Positions 1 to 8,687 of a DNA stretch of 64,000 bases are shown one piece after another. Numbering within the stretch: position 1 is the stretch's first letter; every line of letters starts with the position of its first letter. The notes under the pieces are model-generated. The model saw nothing but the letters and a program-made list of their open reading frames with translations, was not told the origin of the DNA and ran no database searches. Origin of the DNA: Cyanobacteria bacterium P01_A01_bin.123. GTDB taxonomy: Bacteria; Cyanobacteriota; Cyanobacteriia; Phormidesmidales; Phormidesmidaceae. The position numbers and the translations under genes are program-made. Where the stretch lies: positions 59,792 through 123,791 of the forward strand of contig JBCBZT010000022.1 of the NCBI GenBank assembly GCA_039815185.1. The letters run 5' to 3'.

Positions 1-2
1 CG

Positions 3-3000
3 GCCAAAAGAAAACGAGGATCAAAAATCGACCCTCAAGGGCCATCGCAGATCCAACGCCAAGTCAACGCATCTGTTCAAGAACGGCAGACAGGGCGGGC
101 CATCAACCGCACCCCCTTTCCCTTCGACTATGGCCAAAGCGCTTCCTCTCGTAGCCATGTCAACCAATTTACTGGGGAAAAATGGGAAGACGGTGCGGTT
201 AGCTTAAAGGCTGAACCAGGCGCTGACCAGACCCCAACTGATACCGCGAACCCGGTGGAAAAAGGTGAGGGGGTTGCAACCCCCTCACCTGGCAAAACGG
301 CGCAACCCAGTATTCAGCGCCAAGCTAGCGAAACCGTTAAAGAAAGATGGGAAGGCGGGGCTGTTAGCCTCAAAGCCGAAAATCCTTTAGCCAGCCAGGT
401 TTCTTCCTTCTCTGGGGAGAAATGGGAAAACGGCATGGTCACCCTGAAGGCAGAATCGTCGTCGCCGGAGAAGATAGCAGAAGGGAGTCCGGATGCCCCA
501 GAAGCCGTAATTCAGGCTAAAGATGGGGACGGCAGTTTTAGTGCGGGTAGCAATATTGAAAAGCGCCTGCAAAATAGCAAAGGGGGCGGTCAGCCCCTGG
601 GTGAGGGCACTCGCGATTTTATGGAATCGCGGTTTAGCAACGACTTTGGCAACGTGCGCGTCCACACCAATACTGAAGCGGTGCAGATGAGCAAAGACCT
701 CAAGGCCCAGGCGTTTACCCACGGCAATGATGTTTATTTCAACTCTGGTAAATATAAACCTGAATCATCATCGGGCAAGCGACTCCTAGCCCACGAGCTG
801 ACTCACACGATTCAACAAACCGGGCCGTCTACCGTTAACCCCAAGCGGCTGGCGAAAAAAGCGGAGAAGGCCAACAAACAAAAGCCTGCTGAGGCGGCCA
901 AGGGGGAAGTGACCCCCTTGGCTCAACGGCTGCCGATGGCTGAGCCGCCGCAGACTGCTGCCATTTCTGAAGTTGGCACCCAATCTGCTGGTCTGTTGGA
1001 AAATTCTGCCTTAACAGTGCAGCCTGATCTGGTTGTGGGTGCCGTGGGCGATCGCTATGAGCAAGAAGCCGATCAGATGGCCGATCGCGTCATGCAAATG
1101 CAAGACTCCCACGTGGCGCGATCGCTTGACATCGAGGCTGACAGTGAGCCAGATATGCAGCTCAAGGCAGACCCAGACGCGATCGCCCTTAAGCCTCTCA
1201 CCTCAATCTCTTCAGTATCTGGGGTCGTTCAACGGGATAAAAAAGACGACATTAAAAGCGACGTCGCCGATGCGGTCAAAGGCATCAACGAAGAAGTCAA
1301 CAGCAAGAAAAAAGACAAAGAAGGTAGCGCTGGGGCTGAAAAAGCAGCCGGGTCAGGGCGCAAGCTGGCCGATGATGCCAAAGGCAAAATGGCCAACACC
1401 GACGATGAAGACAAAGCCAAGGAAGAAGCCGGAAAGCTAGAAGAAAAAAGCGACAAGGAATCCAAAAATGTTCAAGATGGAGGCGAAAAGACTAAAGAAG
1501 ACGAAGCCAAGAAGCAAGAGACCGATGATGCCCAGATTGAAGAAGAAGCCGTAGTCGAACAGGAGAAGCAAGTTCAAGAAACAGAAGCAGCGGCTCAAGC
1601 GGCTCAAATGGCGGCAGCAGCTAAAGCAGCGGGTAAAGTGGTTAAAGCACCTGTACCAGGAGCAGAAGGGGTAAAAGAAGGGGCCGAGGGCGCAACGGCT
1701 GAAAACGCAGAAGCACCCGAGGAAGCCGCTGAAGAAGGCTTAGAAGGCGATGCTGAGGCCGCCCCAGGGGATGAGGCAGTGAACGTTGCCCCAGAAGGGA
1801 TGCCTGACCCAGGAATGGTCGTAGCCCCAGAACAAACCTCTGAAAAATCCCCCGCTTCAGTAGAGGAAGATCCAGCATTCGCAGTAGCTGTTACCCAGAC
1901 TGAACAGGTCGCCGCTGAACAAAGCACCCATAAACCGGCTACAGAAAAGGCCCAAGAAGCCCAAGCCGCGGCCACAGATCCAAATCAACAAACGCGCAGT
2001 GCCCAGTCCACCCAATCCGAGGAAGCCGGGGAAAAAGAACCCCAAATCTTTGACCGTGAAGGATTCATTAATGCCCTGCTGGCGGTACTCGAATCGAATA
2101 AGCCCCAATCCCAGGGAGATGTTGAAAAGGGCAAAGGCATGGGCGGTGCTTCTGATCAAGTCACCGCAGAACTCGATAAGGCCAAGGATAGTGCCGGGGG
2201 CGGCCTCCAAGATGCTGCCACTCGCCCCCCCGATCCAACGGTAGAAGCGCCCAAGACTGTGGTGCCCACCCCAGAGGCGATCACAGAAGCTGGGGAAAAG
2301 CCCCCTGACGAGCTGATCGATCCGGTCGCGGCCACCCCCAAAGCCAAAACTGAATCCGAAGTTGAGGCACCGTTGGCTGAAACCAAGCAGTCGATCGACA
2401 CCTTAGTGCCCAAAACGGGTAGCCCTTTGCCCCCTATTCAACTGAAGCTGATGGTAGGGGCACCAGGCGATCGCTACGAGCGCGAAGCAGACAGCATGGC
2501 CGATGCCGTGATGGCCATGCCCGATGCCAAGCAAATTTCAGCCCCCCCCAAAGCGAATCAGCAATCCCCGGTTCAAGCTGCTGCCGAAACACCCGGTGTT
2601 GCTGCTCAATCCATTCAACCCCAAACGACAGAGACTCAAGATAGTGAGACTGAAGACGCAGTCGAAGACCAAAGCACATCAGAAATCACTGCAGCGGATA
2701 GTCCGACTCCTCCAGAAACCGTTCAGCGCCAGCCTGGGCCAATCAACCTGCCGGATATTCAGCTGCTACCGGGGTTATTTCTGCAACGTCAAGCCACCCT
2801 GGAAGCCGAAGCCCTAACCCAGGACGACAATCCAGTTCCCCTGGACGAGCATCGATTAGAGATGTACGAAAAGGAAGCGGGTGTCAACGCAACGGGGGCG
2901 ATCGAAGAGGGGCAGCAGCACTTTGGTGGTGATGCCCAAGCCGAATTCCGTCAGGCAGAGGCAACCCAGCAGACGAATACCCAAGCATCCCAAACTGCTT

Positions 3001-6000
3001 CCATTGCCACTAAAAATGAAGACATGTTCGCCACCCGGCAGGCGGAATTTGCCAATGTCCAGGCGACTCAGCAAGAAACCACCACCCAAGACGAGAGCGA
3101 ACGGGGCCGCGTTACCCAAGAAATTCAGGCGATTTATGACGAGACTAAGGTCAACGTCAACACCATTCTAGGGAATATGGATGCCCGCGTGGCGGCGGAA
3201 TTTGCCGCTACGGACAAACGGGCCAAGGCCGTATTTGAACGACGCCAAAAACAACTGTTCAAAGAATGGAAGCAAAAATACTACAAAGAAGAACATCCCC
3301 TGTGGATTCCATGGATGGAAGTGAAAACGGGCTGGGCCTATGTCAAGGTTCGCTTCTACATGAAGAAGTTCTTCAACACGCCGTTGTGGTTGGTCAACAA
3401 AGTCTTCACAGGCCTACCCAAAGAAGTTAACGAAATCTATGAAATCGCCCGGGAAGATTATCTCGCCGTTCAGCGGGAAGGGGTGCATCGGATTGCGGAC
3501 ATTGTTGAAGAAGGCATGAATGCGGCTAAAAAGGAAGTCGATAATGGTCGGCAACGGGTGAATGCCTATGTGGAATCTCTGCCGGATGATCTAAAGTCGG
3601 TTGGGGCAGAGGCGGCGGCCAAAGTCCAGGCCCAGTTCGACAGTTTAGAACAGTCGGTTCGCGATAAACAAGCGGCCTTAGTGGATGATCTCAAAGCCAA
3701 ATATGAGGCGTCCTTAAAAGAAATTGATGACCGGATTTCAGAACTCAAAGCCGCCAATGCCAGCTTAGTCAGTAAAATCGCCAGCGCCATTGCCGATGTG
3801 GCCAAATGGATTTTCCGCCAGGTGTTGAAGGTTTTGGAACCCCCCCTGAAGTTAATCCCAGGCATTGGATCAAAAATTGGGCAGTTCTTGGATGCCTTTG
3901 TTGATGATCCCGGTGGCATCATGAAGACCCTATTTAAGGGATTAGGGGAAGGCTTCAAAAACTTTGGAAAAAATATTAAAAAGCACCTCATTAACGGTCT
4001 GTTTGAATGGTTACTAGGGGCCGATATTCCCATTGTCTTTCCGAAAAAGTTTGACCTCCAAGGGATTATCGACATTCTGCTACAGATTTTGGGGGTCTCG
4101 AAGGACGCTATCTTTGCACTAGTCGATAGCCTGCTGCCAAGTTGGGCGGGTGAATTGCTGCGGATGATCGTGGATCAGGGCATTGGTGTGCTGTCTAACA
4201 TCATGGGGACCCTCGAAGAACTGGGGGTACCTAGCTATGTGATCGCCTTCTTTAAGGCAATGGCAGAGTTGCCCAAAAAAGGGATTATGGCCCTATGGGA
4301 TTTTCTCAAAACTGTCTTTGCCAGCCTTAAAGGGGAATTCCTCACCACCTTGATTACTGACATGATTATCCCAGAAGTGGTGATTGCAGGGATTCAGTGG
4401 CTCATGGGGTTGTTAAACCCGGCGGCAGGCATCTTCAAAATTGTGAAGGCCATCGTGGATGTGGTCATTTTCTTGTTTAACAACAAGGACATGATCTTTG
4501 AGGTGCTCAAGTCTGTCGGTAAAGCCTTCTCTGCCTTGATTACTAAGTCTTGGTCACCGGTGGCCATGGCGGTAGAAATAGCCCTCGCTAATATTATTCC
4601 GCTAGCTTTGGGGTTATTTGTTAGCCTCATCGGGTTGGGGGGTATTCCCAAACGTATCGGCAAGGTGATGGAGAAGCTGAGAAAGCCGGTCGATAAGGGC
4701 TTAACCAAAGTTCTGGATAAGATGGGCGTGCTGCTCGACCCGATAGGGGCCGTGGCTGGCGGCGTTTCAGGATTAAAGGATAAGGCAAAAAGCAAATGGG
4801 ATAAGAAGAGAGGTAAAGATACCGATTCTAAAGACAGCACATCATCGTCTAAAGATGATGACGATAAGCAATCGTCGACTCAAACTGATAAGGACGATGA
4901 CGATAAAAAGTCTGATCGTAAAACGACCGATACGCCCTCTACTAAGAAAGATAGTAAGTCTGTTGCCGATAGTCCTAGTACTACGAAAACGAGTAAAACC
5001 GATCCAAAAGATCAAACAACTGGCAAAGACAAGAAAAAAGAAGACGATGACGATACAAAGAAGAAAAAAGATGATGACGATAAGCAGAAAACTAAAGAGG
5101 AGGCAGATGATTCGAAGCAGCGCTTGAGCGCGGGAATGCAAGAAGTCGATCGAATCACAGAGCAAAAGCGCGATCCGAGCTCAGTTGAGAAAGAACTCTC
5201 CAAGGTCAAGAGCAAGCATAAGCTGGATTCATTAAAGTTAAAAAAATCACGATTTAGCAAGAAGAAGTATACCGTTACCGGTAAGGCCAAAGCTGAAACC
5301 TCAAGTTCTAAGAAAAGTTCTAAGAAAACCACAGTTAGTCGCAAACCGCTGTCGGGGGCTGCCGGAGTACCCACGTTGCAGCTAAAGTCTTCTAAAAAGA
5401 ATGACTGGAACGATAAGAGTAATGAGGTTGCGGTTAAGACAAAGCTCAATCATAAGAAGAAGAAGGGGGGCGATTTTACTGTTGATGCCGAGCTGGTTGA
5501 GCAAGATAAAATCCTCAAGGAAGTTGAGAAGAAACTCAAGCGCAAGATTAAATTCAATGCTCGGACCAAAAAGGTTGAACCCTATCTCAGAACGCTGAAG
5601 GCCCAGTATAAGCTGAAGACGCTGAAGCTCCAAAAACTCCAGCCCGATGGGGGGTACTACCGCATCGAAGGAGAACTTGATAAGAACAAGAGCACTGCCC
5701 AACGGAAGGCTATCCCAGGGGCTGGTGGTCATTTGCAACACGGTGATGCCATTGAGGCGCGCATTCAACGGGCAGCGGGCAAAGGTCAACCGCTCGTACC
5801 TAAGGTTCGTGAGCCCCTAGAAGAGGCCTTTGGGACAGATTTCAGCCCCGTGCGTATCCATGCTGGTGCCGAGGGTAACCATCTGAGTAATGTGCTACAG
5901 GCTAAGGCGTTCACCACTGGCCCCGATATCTTTTTCCGTCAAGGAGCCTATGCGCCTGACAGCCCCTCGGGCAAACACCTGTTGGCCCACGAACTAACCC

Positions 6001-7019
6001 ACGTGGTGCAACAGTCTGGAGAACGGCCTGACATTATGAGTCGGCCAGTCCCGCGAGAAGGGGCAGATCCGCCACCGATCCAGCGATCGCCCCAGCTTCC
6101 AAACCTGTGGATTCAACGGGAGGTTGACGATGGCATGTCTACGGTGATGACAACTGCTGCAGTTGTCGGAGGGAGTGTTGCTGCCGATGTGGGCATGGCA
6201 GCGGGTCGTGAGGCGATTTCGAGTGCGCTCCCTCCCGGTGCCAAAATCAAGTCCAGCATTACTCGGGACAATACCTACATGGCGATGTTTGTGACGGTGG
6301 AGGAACGGAGCCTGGATAAAAGGACAGAATCTGAAGTGCAGGATGAGATGCCGGATGAGGAAGGTCTATCCGACAGCACTGTGAGCAGCATTGTTAAGGT
6401 GATTCAAGACATCGTCAACCAAAATCCTGACGATGATACGGTGGCTCGCAAGCTCGATAAGGTGCGAGTGATGTTCGGCGTGGATTTGGTGAAGCTGGTG
6501 GGCTACGCCGAAGTGGGCGATAAGTTTGAGTACATCATCAAAATTAAAGGGCAAGCCAAATTCCTAAGGGCTAGCAAAATTGCCAACTTCTTAAAACGGC
6601 TGGGCATGAGCGCTCCCAAAACGGGGGCGGCCAGGTCGACCAAGCCGAAACAAGGTAAGTCTGCCGCATCTGCCATGGGCGATTCTCCTACCCCTATGGA
6701 CACCCCCTCAAAGTCATCCTTTCCCCAGGATCCGGGTGTTGCTGAGACGGCTAAACCCACTGAGACAGCTAACTCTGATCAATCAACTGCTGCCAACTTC
6801 AGTTCTGAATCAACGACGGGTGATTCAGGCCGCACTACAGAGACCTCTCCAGGAAAAGCCAAACCTTCGTCTAGTAAAAAAGACAGCAAGTCCAAGGCTA
6901 AAGTGGAGCAGGCTCAAGAACGCGAGATCAAAATCAACGCCAAGGTACGGCGTATTGACGCCCATACTGTGGACGTGACGATCCGTGCAACGCCTCAGAG
7001 CAAGCGTAAAACCGATTAG
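3..7019 (+). CDS. Giant DUF4157 (eCIS core domain) protein, 5'-partial; probable contractile-injection-system cargo
   Basis: The frame is open from nt 3 (AKRKRGSKIDPQ...), so the true start lies upstream of the window, not at 255. Two DUF4157 cores (GGGQPL..RVHT..AQAFT..LLAHELTHxxQQ at about 555-820 and 5750-6015), two VGxxGDRYExEADxMAD motifs, an acidic linker, a hydrophobic helical region and a K/D-rich tract. Confidence 0.85.
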   Translation, partial: AKRKRGSKIDPQGPSQIQRQVNASVQERQTGRAINRTPFPFDYGQSASSRSHVNQFTGEKWEDGAVSLKAEPGADQTPTDTANPVEKGEGVATPSPGKTAQPSIQRQASETVKERWEGGAVSLKAENPLASQVSSFSGEKWENGMVTLKAESSSPEKIAEGSPDAPEAVIQAKDGDGSFSAGSNIEKRLQNSKGGGQPLGEGTRDFMESRFSNDFGNVRVHTNTEAVQMSKDLKAQAFTHGNDVYFNSGKYKPESSSGKRLLAHELTHTIQQTGPSTVNPKRLAKKAEKANKQKPAEAAKGEVTPLAQRLPMAEPPQTAAISEVGTQSAGLLENSALTVQPDLVVGAVGDRYEQEADQMADRVMQMQDSHVARSLDIEADSEPDMQLKADPDAIALKPLTSISSVSGVVQRDKKDDIKSDVADAVKGINEEVNSKKKDKEGSAGAEKAAGSGRKLADDAKGKMANTDDEDKAKEEAGKLEEKSDKESKNVQDGGEKTKEDEAKKQETDDAQIEEEAVVEQEKQVQETEAAAQAAQMAAAAKAAGKVVKAPVPGAEGVKEGAEGATAENAEAPEEAAEEGLEGDAEAAPGDEAVNVAPEGMPDPGMVVAPEQTSEKSPASVEEDPAFAVAVTQTEQVAAEQSTHKPATEKAQEAQAAATDPNQQTRSAQSTQSEEAGEKEPQIFDREGFINALLAVLESNKPQSQGDVEKGKGMGGASDQVTAELDKAKDSAGGGLQDAATRPPDPTVEAPKTVVPTPEAITEAGEKPPDELIDPVAATPKAKTESEVEAPLAETKQSIDTLVPKTGSPLPPIQLKLMVGAPGDRYEREADSMADAVMAMPDAKQISAPPKANQQSPVQAAAETPGVAAQSIQPQTTETQDSETEDAVEDQSTSEITAADSPTPPETVQRQPGPINLPDIQLLPGLFLQRQATLEAEALTQDDNPVPLDEHRLEMYEKEAGVNATGAIEEGQQHFGGDAQAEFRQAEATQQTNTQASQTASIATKNEDMFATRQAEFANVQATQQETTTQDESERGRVTQEIQAIYDETKVNVNTILGNMDARVAAEFAATDKRAKAVFERRQKQLFKEWKQKYYKEEHPLWIPWMEVKTGWAYVKVRFYMKKFFNTPLWLVNKVFTGLPKEVNEIYEIAREDYLAVQREGVHRIADIVEEGMNAAKKEVDNGRQRVNAYVESLPDDLKSVGAEAAAKVQAQFDSLEQSVRDKQAALVDDLKAKYEASLKEIDDRISELKAANASLVSKIASAIADVAKWIFRQVLKVLEPPLKLIPGIGSKIGQFLDAFVDDPGGIMKTLFKGLGEGFKNFGKNIKKHLINGLFEWLLGADIPIVFPKKFDLQGIIDILLQILGVSKDAIFALVDSLLPSWAGELLRMIVDQGIGVLSNIMGTLEELGVPSYVIAFFKAMAELPKKGIMALWDFLKTVFASLKGEFLTTLITDMIIPEVVIAGIQWLMGLLNPAAGIFKIVKAIVDVVIFLFNNKDMIFEVLKSVGKAFSALITKSWSPVAMAVEIALANIIPLALGLFVSLIGLGGIPKRIGKVMEKLRKPVDKGLTKVLDKMGVLLDPIGAVAGGVSGLKDKAKSKWDKKRGKDTDSKDSTSSSKDDDDKQSSTQTDKDDDDKKSDRKTTDTPSTKKDSKSVADSPSTTKTSKTDPKDQTTGKDKKKEDDDDTKKKKDDDDKQKTKEEADDSKQRLSAGMQEVDRITEQKRDPSSVEKELSKVKSKHKLDSLKLKKSRFSKKKYTVTGKAKAETSSSKKSSKKTTVSRKPLSGAAGVPTLQLKSSKKNDWNDKSNEVAVKTKLNHKKKKGGDFTVDAELVEQDKILKEVEKKLKRKIKFNARTKKVEPYLRTLKAQYKLKTLKLQKLQPDGGYYRIEGELDKNKSTAQRKAIPGAGGHLQHGDAIEARIQRAAGKGQPLVPKVREPLEEAFGTDFSPVRIHAGAEGNHLSNVLQAKAFTTGPDIFFRQGAYAPDSPSGKHLLAHELTHVVQQSGERPDIMSRPVPREGADPPPIQRSPQLPNLWIQREVDDGMSTVMTTAAVVGGSVAADVGMAAGREAISSALPPGAKIKSSITRDNTYMAMFVTVEERSLDKRTESEVQDEMPDEEGLSDSTVSSIVKVIQDIVNQNPDDDTVARKLDKVRVMFGVDLVKLVGYAEVGDKFEYIIKIKGQAKFLRASKIANFLKRLGMSAPKTGAARSTKPKQGKSAASAMGDSPTPMDTPSKSSFPQDPGVAETAKPTETANSDQSTAANFSSESTTGDSGRTTETSPGKAKPSSSKKDSKSKAKVEQAQEREIKINAKVRRIDAHTVDVTIRATPQSKRKTD

Positions 7020-7033
7020 GGAGATAACTTTTT

Positions 7034-8515
7034 ATGATGCTGTCCTCTGTTGATCCTCCCCTCGAGCTAACCACCGACAACTGCTACACACTGCCCCTAG
7101 ATCGACCCATTACGCTATATACGCCGCCAGATGCTGAGGCAAATGTCGAGGGGATGGTGCCATTTACAGGAACCGCGGTGCAATTGACAGTGATCAAGGA
7201 GCCAAGCACGATGGCCCTTGAAGGCCGTTCTTTGACCATCGCCACAGCATCAGAAGATCCCATCCCTAAGGATTGTCATTTGATTTTGTCAGTGTCCCTG
7301 GCGCAATATCAGCAAATCCTAGATCAATCCCTCTTTCACCTCAAGCCCGAAGTGCGGGGGCCTCTCCAGCAGGCTGACTTTTTGCCTGACCTGCCGATTC
7401 TTTTAGAACTGGGATTACAGCCCCATCTCTTCATCCCTGGGGAGGATGCCCATGCCATCGAGGATGATTTGCCGCCCCTGGCCAGTTCCCTTGAGAATCC
7501 TGCTGAAAACCGAAAATACACCACATCTCTCGTGACTGAACTCCTCACTGTTTTAGAGCAATCACCTTCAGAGCAGTCATCTTCAGAGCAGTCACCTTCA
7601 GAGCAGTCACCTTCAGAGCAGTCACCGCCAGTCAACACAGCACCTGACTACTCCGCCAGTGACTTTCTGAAGACGCTACTAGACGATTTATCCGATGATC
7701 TTGCCCCTGACACGATTGTCCCCTGGCGAAAGACCGATGGCTGGTTATGTCGTTCAGTACAGCAGCGCCAGGCAGATCAGACCGTAGGCTATGCCACCCT
7801 CTGGGCCTACACCAACCCCGAGCAAGCCGACCCGGTGATGGCATCCGGCAGTGCAGCCCTAGAGGCGATCGCGTCCCTATTGCAAAAAACCACCGACGCT
7901 GTGAAAACCGAAGTCGAGCAAGAACTGCCCCAGCTACAACAAAACCTATCGCAATTTTCAGATCAACTGATGACGGCCCTCGAACACGTGGACTGGGAAA
8001 CCGTCATGCAGTCCTTTGAAACAGCAGCCGAAGACGCAGAACCACCGCCACCTATTTCAGAAATCGTCAAGCAGTTTTTTGACGAAGACGATTGGGCCTA
8101 TGTGCAACTCTCCGACCCGTCGATTTTGCAACTCGCCTTCCAAGGGAGTGCCGGTCGTTGGACCTGTCTTGCCCAGTGCAACAACGACGCCGCCCAAGTT
8201 GTGTTCTATTCTCTTTGCCCGATCACTGTCCCTGAAGCCAACTACGGGGCCATTGCAGAACTGCTTATGCGAGCTAACGACGGCCTGATTATCGGTAACT
8301 TTGAACTCGATTTTGCCCAAGGCGAAATCCGCTACAAAACCAGCCTAGACGTCGAAGGCGATCGCCTCACCCCAGCCCTCATGCGTTGCCTGGTTTATGC
8401 CAACGTACAAACCCTCGATACCTATCTGCCAAGCATCATGGCCGTCCTGGAGGGACAGTGTAGTCCAACTGAGGCGATCGCCAGGGTCGAGCAAAGTGAT
8501 GAGGGGATGACGTGA
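7034..8515 (+). CDS. YbjN-domain protein (T3SS-chaperone-like fold at C-terminus)
   Basis: The C-terminal ~140 aa (FFDEDDW..LQLAFQGSAGRWTC..VFYSLCP..ELLMRANDGLIIGNFELDF..GEIRYKTSLDV) match the YbjN family pattern. Starts 14 bp after the upstream stop. Confidence 0.75.
   Translation: MMLSSVDPPLELTTDNCYTLPLDRPITLYTPPDAEANVEGMVPFTGTAVQLTVIKEPSTMALEGRSLTIATASEDPIPKDCHLILSVSLAQYQQILDQSLFHLKPEVRGPLQQADFLPDLPILLELGLQPHLFIPGEDAHAIEDDLPPLASSLENPAENRKYTTSLVTELLTVLEQSPSEQSSSEQSPSEQSPSEQSPPVNTAPDYSASDFLKTLLDDLSDDLAPDTIVPWRKTDGWLCRSVQQRQADQTVGYATLWAYTNPEQADPVMASGSAALEAIASLLQKTTDAVKTEVEQELPQLQQNLSQFSDQLMTALEHVDWETVMQSFETAAEDAEPPPPISEIVKQFFDEDDWAYVQLSDPSILQLAFQGSAGRWTCLAQCNNDAAQVVFYSLCPITVPEANYGAIAELLMRANDGLIIGNFELDFAQGEIRYKTSLDVEGDRLTPALMRCLVYANVQTLDTYLPSIMAVLEGQCSPTEAIARVEQSDEGMT
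7555..7629 (+). repeat. Five tandem 15-bp repeats (AGAGCAGTCACCTTC) encoding EQSPS-like units
   Basis: Read directly from the sequence; in-frame within the YbjN-domain gene. Confidence 0.9.
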
Positions 8516-8582
8516 TGGGGGGATAGACCGTGGCTTTGTATTTTGTAGCGCCTGACTCCTCCCGAAGAGAGTTTTGACAATT

Positions 8583-8657
8583 CCCCCCCGCTCCCCTGCT
8601 CCCCCGCGCTCCCCCTCTCCTTATTTCCCCCTCCCCCGAGCTTCTTCCCCTGCTCCC
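8583..8657. repeat. C-rich (G-rich on minus strand) intergenic low-complexity tract with CTCCCC(TG) units
   Basis: ccccccgctcccctgctcccccgcgctccccctctcc...ccccctcccccg...cccctgctccc. Confidence 0.6.
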
Positions 8658-8687
8658 TAAAGACCTATGCCAACCGCCTAAAGAACC

